DNA of 44,071 nucleotides, from assembly GCA_009775605.1 (NCBI GenBank), contig VSPV01000001.1, positions 1 through 44,071 of the forward strand, read 5' to 3'. The notes beneath the pieces were generated by a model, which worked only from the letters and a program-made list of their open reading frames with translations, did no database searches and was not told the origin of the DNA. Positions 7,723 to 17,345 of this stretch are shown here, piece by piece. The DNA comes from Paramuribaculum sp. Lineage in GTDB: Bacteria; Bacteroidota; Bacteroidia; Bacteroidales; Muribaculaceae. The position numbers were made by a program, and so were the translations under genes. Position 1 is the first letter of the stretch. Each line of letters starts with the position of its first letter.

Positions 7723-9336
7723 TTATTTCGCTTTGCAGTTCTTGCAGGGGGCGAGAGCGGGCGAGGCATGCAGGGAGTCGAGTGCGGCCTGGTCGTTCTT
7801 TCTCACGGCCTGAATTATCTCATCCATGCGTTTCACCTTCTCGGGATGCTCCGGGGCCACGTTGTGGAGTTCGCCGGTGTCGGAGTCGGAGTAGAGCTGC
7901 GGACGGTCCAGATAGCCGGTCTCTATTTTCGGACCCCAGGGCACCATTGCGGGGCCGCCGTTGGGCTGGATATACTTCCAGTCGGGGGTACGGAGCGAGA
8001 GCGTCTTGTTGGAGGCCTGTTCCAGAACCCACGGACGCGGTTCGTCGCTCTGCCCCAGAACCACCGGCAGGCGGTTGTAGCTGTCGGGAGCGGCACCTGC
8101 AGGCATCCGTTCGCCCAGCAGCGCGGCCATGGAGGCCATCCAGTCTATCTGGGAGTTGAGCGCCGTGGAGGTCTTTCCGGCCGGTACGCCTCCCTTGGGC
8201 CAGCGCACGATCACCGGCACGCGTGTGCCGCCTTCGAAAGCGCTGTATTTTCCGCCGCGCAGATGTCCTGTGGGGGAATGGCCGTTGAGCAGTTCCTCGG
8301 CGCGGTCGTCATAGCCGTCATCCACCACGGGGCCGTTGTCGCTCGAGAGTATCACCAGCGTGTTGTTGGCTATCCCGAGGCTGTCCAGAGTGTCGAGAAT
8401 GCGTCCCACGCTCCAGTCAAACTGCACTATGGCGTCGCCGCGCACTCCCATCGGGTTCTTGCCGCGGAAGCGGTCGTGGGGGAAACGGGGCACGTGCACG
8501 TCGTTCGTGGCGAAATACATGAAGAAGGGTGCGTCGGCATTCTCCCTGATGAATTTCACGGCGTGGTCGGTGATGGAGTCGGCTATGTTCTCGTCTTTCC
8601 AGAGAGCCTTGCCTCCGCCTTTCATGTAGCCGATGCGGCTTATGCCGTTCACTATCGACATATCGTGCCCGTGGCTCGGCCGCTGGTTGAATAGCAGTTC
8701 GGGATTGTCCTTTCCCGTCGGCTCGCCTTCGAAATTACGCTCGTAGCTCACGTAAACTGGAGCTTCGGGATCGTAGTTGGCTATGCGGTTGTTCTCTATG
8801 AACACGCAGGGCACGCGGTCGGCTGTGGCGGCCATGATATATGAATAATCGAAGCCTATGTCGCCTAAGGCGCAGGGCAGGGGGGCGTTCCAGTCCTGTT
8901 TGCCTGTCTTGTCGCCTACGCCCAGATGCCATTTGCCGAAGGCCGAGGTGCGGTATCCGGCGTTGTGAAACAGGTCCGCCAGAGTGTACTTCTCGGGGCG
9001 GATTATCATGCCGGCGTCGCCGGGAGCCACGTCGGTGTCGGGGTGACGCCAGGCATATTCGCCTGTGAGCATCGAGTAGCGCGAGGGCGTGGAGGTGGCG
9101 GCGGTGGCGTGGGAGTTTGTGAACCGTGTGCCCTGTCGGGCGAGACGGTTCACATTCGGTGTGCTCACGTTTTTTGCGCCGTAGCACTCCAGATCTCCGT
9201 AACCGAGGTCGTCGGCGAATATTATCACCACGTTAGGGCGCTCGCTCCGCGGAGCCTTTTCAGCGGCCTGCGCATTTTGCGCGGCCGCTGAGGCTGTCAC
9301 GGCGGCCATGGCGGCCGTCAGCATTGATTTCTTCAT
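7723..9336 (-). CDS. Secreted arylsulfatase-family (S1) sulfatase, Ser-type
   Basis: Signal peptide, PNVVIIFADDLGYGD, STPSRYSMLTG (S-x-P-x-R), FGKWHLG, SSDNG, EGGTRVP. ATG at 9336 preferred over 9348. Confidence 0.93.
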   Translation of the reverse strand: MKKSMLTAAMAAVTASAAAQNAQAAEKAPRSERPNVVIIFADDLGYGDLECYGAKNVSTPNVNRLARQGTRFTNSHATAATSTPSRYSMLTGEYAWRHPDTDVAPGDAGMIIRPEKYTLADLFHNAGYRTSAFGKWHLGVGDKTGKQDWNAPLPCALGDIGFDYSYIMAATADRVPCVFIENNRIANYDPEAPVYVSYERNFEGEPTGKDNPELLFNQRPSHGHDMSIVNGISRIGYMKGGGKALWKDENIADSITDHAVKFIRENADAPFFMYFATNDVHVPRFPHDRFRGKNPMGVRGDAIVQFDWSVGRILDTLDSLGIANNTLVILSSDNGPVVDDGYDDRAEELLNGHSPTGHLRGGKYSAFEGGTRVPVIVRWPKGGVPAGKTSTALNSQIDWMASMAALLGERMPAGAAPDSYNRLPVVLGQSDEPRPWVLEQASNKTLSLRTPDWKYIQPNGGPAMVPWGPKIETGYLDRPQLYSDSDTGELHNVAPEHPEKVKRMDEIIQAVRKNDQAALDSLHASPALAPCKNCKAK

Positions 9337-9337
9337 C

Positions 9338-10618
9338 TCAATAGGCAAACATGGGATATTTCTCCATGGTGGAGTTCACCTTCTCGCGCACGGCCTTTAT
9401 CACTTCGGCGCTTTCGGGGTTGGAGAGCACGGTGTCTATCATCTCCACGATTTCTCCCATGAGTTCCTCCTTGGCCCCGCGGGTGGTGATGGCGGGAGTG
9501 CCAAGGCGTATGCCTGAGGTCTGGAAGGGCGAGCGGCTGTCGAAGGGCACCATGTTCTTGTTGGCGGTGATGTCGGCTTCCACGAGCACTTTTTCGGCCA
9601 CCTTGCCGGTGAGGTCGGGGAATTTGGTGCGCAGGTCAATGAGCAGGCAGTGGTTGTCGGTTCCTTCCGAGATTATCTTGTAGCCTTTGTCGATGAGGGC
9701 GGCTGCCATGGCGGCGGCGTTGTGCTTCACCTGCAGCTGATATTCGCGGAATGAGGGCTGCAGCGCCTCCCCGAAGGCAACGGCTTTGGCGGCGATCACA
9801 TGCTCGAGCGGGCCGCCCTGTACGCCGGGGAACACGGCCGAGTCAAGCAGCGATGACATCATGCGTGTCTCGCCCTTGTTGTTGGTCTTGCCGAAGGGGT
9901 TGGGGAAATCCTTGCCCATGAGGATTATGCCGCCGCGCGGACCGCGAAGGGTCTTGTGGGTGGTCGAGGTCACGATATGGGCGTATTTCACCGGGTTTTC
10001 CAGCAGTCCGGCTGCTATGAGTCCGGCGGGATGGGCCATGTCGATCATCAGTATGGCACCGATTTCATCGGCCAGACGGCGCATGCGGGCGTAATCCCAG
10101 TCGCGCGAATAGGCGCTGGCGCCGCCCACTATCAGGCGCGGACGCTCGCGGCGTGCCACTTCCTCCATCTGCTCATAGTCCACGCGGCCGGTCTCGGCGC
10201 TCACATTGTATTCCAGAGCGTGGAAAATCAGGCCCGAGAAGTTCACGGGGCTGCCGTGGGTCAGGTGGCCGCCGTGGCTCAGGTTCAGGCCAAGGAATTT
10301 GTCGCCGGGTTTCAGACATGCCATGAACACGGCCATGTTGGCCTGTGCGCCCGAGTGGGGCTGTACGTTGGCGTATTCGGCTCCGAAGAGCTCTTTCACA
10401 CGGTCTATGGCCAGCTGCTCCACCTGGTCAACCACCTGGCAGCCGCCGTAGTAGCGGTGTCCGGGATAGCCTTCGGCATATTTGTTGGTGAGGCATGAGC
10501 CCATGGCGCGCATCACTTCGTCGCTCACGAAGTTTTCCGATGCTATGAGTTCAATACCTTTGAGCTGGCGCTGGTGTTCGCGCTCGATGAGGTCAAAAAT
10601 CTTGGCGTCTTTTTCCAT
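9338..10618 (-). CDS. glyA: Serine hydroxymethyltransferase
   Basis: [41 protein letters not shown] (PLP lysine). Confidence 0.98.
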   Translation of the reverse strand: MEKDAKIFDLIEREHQRQLKGIELIASENFVSDEVMRAMGSCLTNKYAEGYPGHRYYGGCQVVDQVEQLAIDRVKELFGAEYANVQPHSGAQANMAVFMACLKPGDKFLGLNLSHGGHLTHGSPVNFSGLIFHALEYNVSAETGRVDYEQMEEVARRERPRLIVGGASAYSRDWDYARMRRLADEIGAILMIDMAHPAGLIAAGLLENPVKYAHIVTSTTHKTLRGPRGGIILMGKDFPNPFGKTNNKGETRMMSSLLDSAVFPGVQGGPLEHVIAAKAVAFGEALQPSFREYQLQVKHNAAAMAAALIDKGYKIISEGTDNHCLLIDLRTKFPDLTGKVAEKVLVEADITANKNMVPFDSRSPFQTSGIRLGTPAITTRGAKEELMGEIVEMIDTVLSNPESAEVIKAVREKVNSTMEKYPMFAY

Positions 10619-10646
10619 TTTAATGAGTTGAATAGATATGTTTGGT

Positions 10647-11216
10647 TTATTTCTTTTTTCTTACGCTCCAGCCGAAGCGGCCTATTTCCGGCCCCTGGCT
10701 GAAATATGCTCCGTGGCTGTAGCTCATCAGGCCTGCGCGGTCCAGCCGGAAAGCCCCGGTATCGGGGTCGATCAGCTCCGGGTCGGCAAGCACGTCGAGC
10801 ACTTCGGCCACGAACATGTGGTGGCTCCCCAGCGGAATTATCTCCCTGACGCGGCATTCAATGCTCAGCGGCGACTCCGCCACCGACGGACAGGCCACTT
10901 TCACGCCCTTTTCAGGCGTCAGGCCGGTCTCTTTCCATTTGTCGAAGTCGCGTCCGGATTTCACTCCGCACCAGTCGGTGGCACGTGCCATGGCCTCGGT
11001 GGTGAGATTGACGGTGAATTCCATCTTCTCCCGGATTATGCCGTAGCTGTGGCGCTCGGGGCGCAGCGAGATGTAGAGCATGGCCGGATTGGTGCATATG
11101 GTGCCCGTCCAGGCCACTGTCACCAGATTCGACCGCTCGCTGTCGCCGCAGCTCACCAGCACTGCCGGCAGCGGGTAGACCATTGTCCCTGCTTTCCACT
11201 CTTCTTTTCGTGCCAT
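10647..11216 (-). CDS. Flavin reductase-like FMN-binding protein
   Basis: [43 protein letters not shown] motifs. Confidence 0.9.
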   Translation of the reverse strand: MARKEEWKAGTMVYPLPAVLVSCGDSERSNLVTVAWTGTICTNPAMLYISLRPERHSYGIIREKMEFTVNLTTEAMARATDWCGVKSGRDFDKWKETGLTPEKGVKVACPSVAESPLSIECRVREIIPLGSHHMFVAEVLDVLADPELIDPDTGAFRLDRAGLMSYSHGAYFSQGPEIGRFGWSVRKKK

Positions 11217-11240
11217 ATCTCCTGAGAGGGGGTAGGGGGA

Positions 11241-11702
11241 TTACTCGATTTTGGCGTCGGAGCTTTTCACCGTGTGGCCGCAGTAGTGGCAGCGCAGCGT
11301 CACGTCCTCGCGGTCCACCACCTCGAAGCGCGTGTCCATGGGCTCGTTGTTGGTGATGCACTTGGGGTTGTTGCAGCGCACTATTCCCACAATGGTGTCA
11401 GGCAGCGACACATCGCGTTTCTCGGCCACCTCGAAGTCGCGTATCACGTTTATGCGGGCGTGGGGGGCGATAATTGCTATGCGGTTCAGGGTCTCTTCGG
11501 GAAACTCCACATCGGCCACCTTGATGATTCCTTTGGAGCCAAGATGCTTGCTCTCGAGATTGTTGCCTATTGTCACATGGTTGGTCATATTCTCTATGCC
11601 CAGAATTCTCACAGCTTTGAAAAGGTTGCGGCTGGGAATGCGGTCAACCACGGTGCCGTTGCGCAGCGCGGCCACGGCGAGTTCTTTCTTCTGGTTTGTC
11701 AT
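11241..11702 (-). CDS. pyrI: Aspartate carbamoyltransferase regulatory chain
   Basis: NGTVVD, zinc-binding CNNPKCIT...RCHYC; ATGA-coupled to pyrB. Confidence 0.96.
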   Translation of the reverse strand: MTNQKKELAVAALRNGTVVDRIPSRNLFKAVRILGIENMTNHVTIGNNLESKHLGSKGIIKVADVEFPEETLNRIAIIAPHARINVIRDFEVAEKRDVSLPDTIVGIVRCNNPKCITNNEPMDTRFEVVDREDVTLRCHYCGHTVKSSDAKIE

Positions 11703-12637
11703 TGCTGTTGGTTTTCTTGTTTGAGAATATCGATTCCGAGCGAGCGGCAGATGATGGCCTGGCGTGCGAAGAGTCCGTTGCGGGCCTGGTCGAAGTAGTA
11801 GGCCTGGGGTGTGTCGTCCACATCCAGGGCTATCTCGTTGACGCGGGGCAGCGGGTGGAGCACCTTGAGGTTGGGTTTAGTTCCGGCAAGCATGTCGGCG
11901 CGCAGGGTATAGAGGTTCTTCACCTTCTCATACTCCATTATGTCGGTGAAGCGTTCGCGCTGCACTCGGGTCATATACAGAATGTCGGTCTGTGCCAGCA
12001 CCTCGCTGTTGAAGTCCTTTTCCAGACGGTAGCGTATGCCGTGGTCATCGCAGAACTGCAGGTATTCGCGGGGCATCTGCAGCTCGTCGCAGGCCACGAA
12101 TATGAACGTGGGGTTGAAATAGCGCATCGCCATCAGGAGCGAGTGGACGGTGCGTCCGTATTTCAGGTCGCCCACCATGGTTATGGTCAGGTCGTTGAGT
12201 GTTCCCTGGGTCTTGGCTATCGAATAGAGGTCGAGGAGCGTCTGCGAGGGGTGCTGGTTGGCGCCGTCGCCCGCGTTGATAATCGGGGTGTCGGTCACCT
12301 CCGTGGCGTAGCGGGCCGCTCCTTCCAGATAGTGGCGCATTATGATAAGATCCACGTAGTTGCTCACCATTTTTATGGTGTCTTTGAGGGTCTCGCCTTT
12401 CGACGAGCTTGAGGTCGAGGCATCGGAGAAGCCTATCACGCGGCCGCCGAGGCGGTTTACCGCAGTTTCAAAACTCAGACGTGTGCGCGTGGAGGGTTCA
12501 AAAAAAAGAGTCGCCACAACCTTGCCGTCAAGTATCTTATGGTTGGGGTGCTCTTCAAAATAACGCGCGCGCTCTATCAGACCGAGGATTTCATCGCGAG
12601 AAATGTCGTCGATTGAAACAAGACTGTTGCTGTTCAT
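11699..12637 (-). CDS. pyrB: Aspartate carbamoyltransferase catalytic chain
   Basis: [47 protein letters not shown] at 12637 preferred because the track's TTG start overlaps the TAACTTTG element at 12674-12681. Confidence 0.98.
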   Translation of the reverse strand: MNSNSLVSIDDISRDEILGLIERARYFEEHPNHKILDGKVVATLFFEPSTRTRLSFETAVNRLGGRVIGFSDASTSSSSKGETLKDTIKMVSNYVDLIIMRHYLEGAARYATEVTDTPIINAGDGANQHPSQTLLDLYSIAKTQGTLNDLTITMVGDLKYGRTVHSLLMAMRYFNPTFIFVACDELQMPREYLQFCDDHGIRYRLEKDFNSEVLAQTDILYMTRVQRERFTDIMEYEKVKNLYTLRADMLAGTKPNLKVLHPLPRVNEIALDVDDTPQAYYFDQARNGLFARQAIICRSLGIDILKQENQQQ

Positions 12638-12786
12638 AGCGGGTGTTGCCGGATGGGTTGATTTCCGTTGCCGCAAAGTTAGCTATTTCCTTAATACCCC
12701 GCAAATCAATCTTACCAAACTCTTTTTGTACAAATCAGTATTACCCCCACCCAAAAAAAAATGTATGACAGTATTGCCTCCCAAAT

Positions 12787-12859
12787 GTAGGGATGCTCCA
12801 TGGAGCATCCGCCCCACCCATCATTAATTGCCAACGGATGCACGAGCGTGCATCCCTAC
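12787..12859. repeat. GTAG-type REP doublet (REPIN-like), copy 1
   Basis: GTAGGGATGCTCCATGGAGCATCCG ... CGGATGCACGAGCGTGCATCCCTAC: two palindromic units in inverted orientation. Confidence 0.85.
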
Positions 12860-13012
12860 AATTTGAACGGTACTCACTCACGGAGCACCGGAGGTGCGAT
12901 ATCTGTACAACCCACTGCGTGAGCTGTGGGACAGAAGCCCCCGTCCTCCCCATGCGGCGAGCCGCGGAGCGCGCTGCCGCACAGCGCGTCAGCATAGGCC
13001 TTTCCAGAGCCT

Positions 13013-14293
13013 TTAAAATTTGATGGTGAAGGAAGTGAGCCCCGTAGCTCGGTCGGTTGCCAGCGAGAAGCGGAAGCCGTGGCGTCGCAGCACTTCGGCC
13101 GTCACCATCAGTCCCAGTCCCTGGCCGCTCGGTTTGGTGGAATAGAACGGCGAGAAGATGTGCGATTCCGCTTCCGGCGAGATGCCCGCGCCGTTGTCGG
13201 TTACTATGAGTTTGCCCGGCGCGGTGGCTATCTCTATGCTGCCGTCGCTTCCTATGCTTTCCTTGGCGTTCTTCACCACGTTGACCAGCACCTGCTCCAT
13301 CAGCACGCGGTCAACCGACACCGCTATCGGCTCGGTGTGCAGACGGGTGGTAAGCGTGATGTTCACGCCCGAACAGATGCTTTCCAGAAATGGCAGATTG
13401 TGGAGCACGAATTTGTTTATATCCATCGCATCGAGCTGCAGAGGGGGAATCCTCACCAGATTTGCATAGGAGGAAATGAAGCTGTTCAGGCCCTCTATGC
13501 GTTCCCGGCAGCTTTCCACGGCGTCGCTCATTTCGTCGTCGCCGCCTTCACTGCAGAATATCCCGCCTATGGCCTCGAGCAGCGATGATATTCCGGCCGA
13601 GGTGTTGTTTACCTCATGGGCTATCACGCGTATCACCTTCTCGTAGGCCTGTTTCTCGGCTTTAATCATCTCGTCGGCAAGGCTATCTATCAGATAGAAG
13701 CGCCTCATCACGCCCGAGTCTATGAACGTCTGACACGAGCAGCGGTACACTCTGCTGTCGGCCATCCTAACCGTGCTGCTCTCTCCCGGCGAAAGCGTGG
13801 CGAGCGTCGCGGCCGGCTGTGACGGCCGGTCGGCCAGATTGGTGCGCAGCAGTTCGTTGGCCGAATCGGCGTCGAGCATCTTTATTGCCGAGGGATTCAC
13901 CAGCGCCACGCGTCCCTCCAGGTCAAGCACTACGATTCCCGAAGGCGATGCGTTTATCATCAGTTCCATGAAGTGATATTGCTCCTGACGGTACACGCGC
14001 TCGTTTTTTATCTGCATCATCATGTTGTTGAACAGCTCCACGAGCTTTTCCGTGTCGAGCTGGCCCACTTTGGCAAGGCGGCTGCTGAAATCCTGACCCT
14101 TGAGAAGGTCCATGCCCAGAAGAACGGCGCTCACCGGCCGCACGAGCGAGTAATATGTCACCCCCATAAACACCGCCGCCATCGCCTCGAGTCCCAGATA
14201 CCACCAGTAGAGCGGGGGCCGCATCACGGCCGTGAACACAAGCAGCGCCACCAATATCAGCGCCAGCACATAGAATACCTTTTTGAACTTCAT
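13013..14293 (-). CDS. Sensor histidine kinase (2 TM, PAS, HisKA, HATPase)
   Basis: H-box IAHEVNN, N-box NVVKNA, DNGAGI, FSPFYSTK, GQGLGL; ATGA-coupled to the response regulator. Confidence 0.93.
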   Translation of the reverse strand: MKFKKVFYVLALILVALLVFTAVMRPPLYWWYLGLEAMAAVFMGVTYYSLVRPVSAVLLGMDLLKGQDFSSRLAKVGQLDTEKLVELFNNMMMQIKNERVYRQEQYHFMELMINASPSGIVVLDLEGRVALVNPSAIKMLDADSANELLRTNLADRPSQPAATLATLSPGESSTVRMADSRVYRCSCQTFIDSGVMRRFYLIDSLADEMIKAEKQAYEKVIRVIAHEVNNTSAGISSLLEAIGGIFCSEGGDDEMSDAVESCRERIEGLNSFISSYANLVRIPPLQLDAMDINKFVLHNLPFLESICSGVNITLTTRLHTEPIAVSVDRVLMEQVLVNVVKNAKESIGSDGSIEIATAPGKLIVTDNGAGISPEAESHIFSPFYSTKPSGQGLGLMVTAEVLRRHGFRFSLATDRATGLTSFTIKF

Positions 14294-15624
14294 TGGTTGA
14301 TGCCGTATTTTTCCATTCTGCGATACAGCGACTGGCGCGTGATGCCCAGCCGCGTGGCCACCTTGCTCAGGTTGCCCGAGGTCTCTTCAAGCGCTTTCAG
14401 TATGGCGTGGCGCTCCATGTCCTCCAGTGTCATGCCGGCTAATGTGTCGCCGCTTCGCTGTTCGTTACGCGGAGCCGGTGCCTGGTTGTGCTCTATCGAT
14501 TCGGGTCCTATGATATCCGAGGGCGAGATGAGTATGGCGCGTTCCACGGTGTTCTTTAGTTCGCGGATATTGCCGTAGAAAGGCAGCCGTGTCAGCAGGG
14601 CCATGGCCTCCGACGAGAATTCCGCGCCACGCCTGGTTGACTGCGCCGCAAAGTGGCGCACCAGCGCCGGAATGTCGTCGCGCCGCTCGCGCAGCGGAGG
14701 CAGATGCAGCGTTATGAGGTTGATTCGGTAGAGAAGGTCTTCGCGGAACCTGTGGTCGGCTACCATTGCCGGAAGGTCGGCGTTGGTGGCGCACACCACC
14801 CTTATGTCGACCTTGCGCGGGGTGCTGTCGCCCAGGCATTCGAACGTGTGCTGCTGGAGCACTCGCAGCAGCTTCACCTGGCAGTTTATGTCAAGGTCGC
14901 CTATCTCGTCGAGGAATATGGTGCCTTTGTGGGCCATCTCGAAGCGTCCTTTGCGGTTGGCGGTGGCACCGGTGAAAGCGTCTTTCACGTGGCCGAACAT
15001 TTCGCTCTCGAAGAGCGACTGCGAGATGCCTCCGAGGTTCACCGTCACCATCTGCTCGCGGCGCCGGGGACTGTTCAGGTGAAGGGCGCGGGCTATCAGC
15101 TCCTTTCCGGTGCCGTTTTCTCCGGTGATGAGCACCGGCGCATCGGTTGGCGCCACGCGCCTCACGGTGTCGAGCACGGCCATCAGCTCCGGGCTGCTTC
15201 CCACTATTCCCGCGCGGTCAAACTCCGCTGTCTCCTCTTCTGCCTCCGGTTCCCCGGCATTGAGCGAGATTGCCGTGCGTATGCGCTGCATCAGAAAATA
15301 ATTGTTCCACGGCTTGGTTATAAAGTCGAACGCTCCCGCTTTCATCCCTTCCACGGCCAGAGGTATGCTTCCCCATGCCGTGATGAGAATCACCGGCACG
15401 GCAGGCTGAAAAATCTTCACCTTCATGAGAAGTTCCAGTCCTTCCTCGCCCGAAGTCTCGCGGGTGTAGTTCATGTCCATTATTATGAGCTGGAGCGGCT
15501 CGCGTCTCACCACGGCCAGAGCCTCCTCGGCATTGGCGGCGGCGACGGTCTCGAACCCCTCGCGCTTCAGGAGCATGCCCAGCGACATGCGTATCACCTT
15601 GTCGTCGTCAACAATAAGTATCAT
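14290..15624 (-). CDS. Sigma54-dependent response regulator (NtrC family: REC, AAA+, Fis-type HTH)
   Basis: LIVDDD receiver, GENGTGKE Walker A, DAFTGA loop, FLDEIG, FREDLLYRIN, GNIRELKN, LGITRQSLYRRMEKYG. Confidence 0.95.
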   Translation of the reverse strand: MILIVDDDKVIRMSLGMLLKREGFETVAAANAEEALAVVRREPLQLIIMDMNYTRETSGEEGLELLMKVKIFQPAVPVILITAWGSIPLAVEGMKAGAFDFITKPWNNYFLMQRIRTAISLNAGEPEAEEETAEFDRAGIVGSSPELMAVLDTVRRVAPTDAPVLITGENGTGKELIARALHLNSPRRREQMVTVNLGGISQSLFESEMFGHVKDAFTGATANRKGRFEMAHKGTIFLDEIGDLDINCQVKLLRVLQQHTFECLGDSTPRKVDIRVVCATNADLPAMVADHRFREDLLYRINLITLHLPPLRERRDDIPALVRHFAAQSTRRGAEFSSEAMALLTRLPFYGNIRELKNTVERAILISPSDIIGPESIEHNQAPAPRNEQRSGDTLAGMTLEDMERHAILKALEETSGNLSKVATRLGITRQSLYRRMEKYGINQ

Positions 15625-15763
15625 ATTGCAAAATTACAGTTTTTTTCAATATCCTTACGTCCGGCCTGCGGTTCCGCCATCAGAATGGCCGGAAGCACAT
15701 TGCAGGACGCCGTGTGTGTTTTTTAGAAGCCGGATGCAGGAAGGTGCAGCAAAACCGCCAAAA

Positions 15764-15835
15764 GTAGGGATGCTCCATGGAGCATCCGCTGAAAATGTGC
15801 TGATTGTCAGCGGATGCACGAGCGTGCATCCCTAC
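15764..15835. repeat. GTAG-type REP doublet (REPIN-like), copy 2
   Basis: Same two REP units as copy 1 with a different spacer; the inverted repeat extends to GCATCCGCTGA/TCAGCGGATGC. Confidence 0.85.
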
Positions 15836-15867
15836 AAATTTGGACGGTGGCTTCAGTTCCGCAACAC

Positions 15868-17343
15868 CTAATTGCGTACCATCCGCTCTATGTCGGCATC
15901 TATGCCTGTGCCGCGTTCATAGTCCCATAATGTCACGCTCCGCAACTGATAATAGTAATACCAATAATAGAAGAGTTCATTCACATATTTCTGGCGCGAC
16001 TCATCCTTGCGGGTCTGCGAGTCGTTGAGGTCGAGAGTCGATATTTTGCCTATCAGGAACGTCTCCACGTTGGTGTGGTAGCGCTTCTGGGCTATCTCGT
16101 CGGCTTTGTCGGCTATCGAGAGCTGCTTGCGCTGGTTGTTGAAGCGCTCCACCAGTATGAAGAGGTTCTGGTTGAAGTCAAGGGTCTCCTGGCGCAGGCG
16201 GCTCTCCACCACATCGCGGTTGCTCTGGGCCACCTTCACCGCTCCGCGGCGCTTGCCCCAGTCAAGCAGCGGTATCTTCACGCCCACCTCCACAACCTGG
16301 TTGCTCTTCAGGTTGTTGTAGGCCTGCGGAAACTGCTGCGAGGTGCCTGTGTAGCCCACCTGGGCATATAGCGTGATCTGGCGCAGATTGCCCTTGGCTT
16401 TGGCCACCTCGTAGTCGGCTTCCAGCTGACGGCGGCGCAGATTCTTGGCAAACATGTTGTTGGCCAAGGCGCGGTCAAGCGCGTCGGTGTACACCACGTC
16501 AATCGAGGGTATCACCGTGGGCACCACAGGCTGCAGCTCCACGCTCTCGTCGTAGTTCAGAAACGAGCGCAGCTGATACATGTTGCTTTTCAGATTGCTC
16601 TCGCTCTCGGTGAACGATGACTGCGCCGTGAGCAGGTTGAGCTCCATCTGCAGGAGGTCGTTCTGGCTTATCTGGCCCATCTCGCGCTTCACCTTGGCCA
16701 CGTCGTAGAGTTTCGAGGCGTTGTCGAGGTTCTGACGGGCAATGTCGAGGTTCTCGCGGGCCATCAGCAGGTTGAAGAAATGCTGAACGGCGGCCATCGC
16801 CACCTCTTCGGTGGCCGTGAGAAACCGCGCCTTGGCCTCGGCATAGCGCACGGGCTCTATCTTGCGGTTCCATTTCACGTTGTTCACGCCGAAGATGGGC
16901 TGGCTCAGCGTCAGCGCCACCGGTATCGACATGAAGCGGTTGTATTTGTCGCCGTCGAGCTGTCGCAGGAAGTCGATCGAGGTGGTCAGCGAGAGAGTTC
17001 CGCCTGTGAGCCAGATGTTCTGGTCTACTGACAGTTCGCCGTTCATCTGCATGTAGTTGTTGCGCACGAAGTTGTAGGTGCCGTCCTCGCTCTGATAGGT
17101 GCTGTACTGCTTGTAATAGCCCGGAAGTTTTGAGCTGAAGTTCACTTCCGGAAGCAGGTCGGCCTTGTAGGTGCGGTATTCCCAGTAGGAGGTGCGCAGT
17201 TCGTTGAGGGCCACGGCCGCATTCACGCTCTGCACGCGGGCCCGCGCTATGGCGTCCTCAAGGGTTATCGAGAGGGTTTCCCCGCCCGCCACAAGTGATG
17301 TGGCGAGCGCGAGTCCTAAGGATATGGACTTGATCGGATTCAT
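15868..17343 (-). CDS. TolC-family outer membrane efflux protein
   Basis: Signal peptide, LEDAIARA, ADLLPEVNF, VKIPLLDWG, two OEP-like repeats; last gene of the efflux operon. Confidence 0.9.
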   Translation of the reverse strand: MNPIKSISLGLALATSLVAGGETLSITLEDAIARARVQSVNAAVALNELRTSYWEYRTYKADLLPEVNFSSKLPGYYKQYSTYQSEDGTYNFVRNNYMQMNGELSVDQNIWLTGGTLSLTTSIDFLRQLDGDKYNRFMSIPVALTLSQPIFGVNNVKWNRKIEPVRYAEAKARFLTATEEVAMAAVQHFFNLLMARENLDIARQNLDNASKLYDVAKVKREMGQISQNDLLQMELNLLTAQSSFTESESNLKSNMYQLRSFLNYDESVELQPVVPTVIPSIDVVYTDALDRALANNMFAKNLRRRQLEADYEVAKAKGNLRQITLYAQVGYTGTSQQFPQAYNNLKSNQVVEVGVKIPLLDWGKRRGAVKVAQSNRDVVESRLRQETLDFNQNLFILVERFNNQRKQLSIADKADEIAQKRYHTNVETFLIGKISTLDLNDSQTRKDESRQKYVNELFYYWYYYYQLRSVTLWDYERGTGIDADIERMVRN

Positions 17344-17345
17344 GA

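Noticed and set aside
7411..8694. Long antisense ORFs (427 aa here; also 14653-15726, 25020-26306, 27575-29251, 5304-6167)
   Set aside because: They lie opposite well-supported genes, have no recognisable motifs and are expected shadows of GC-rich codon usage.
12603..13023. Short ORFs in the pyrB-kinase intergenic region
   Set aside because: They are read through palindromic repeats on both strands and have no recognisable domain.
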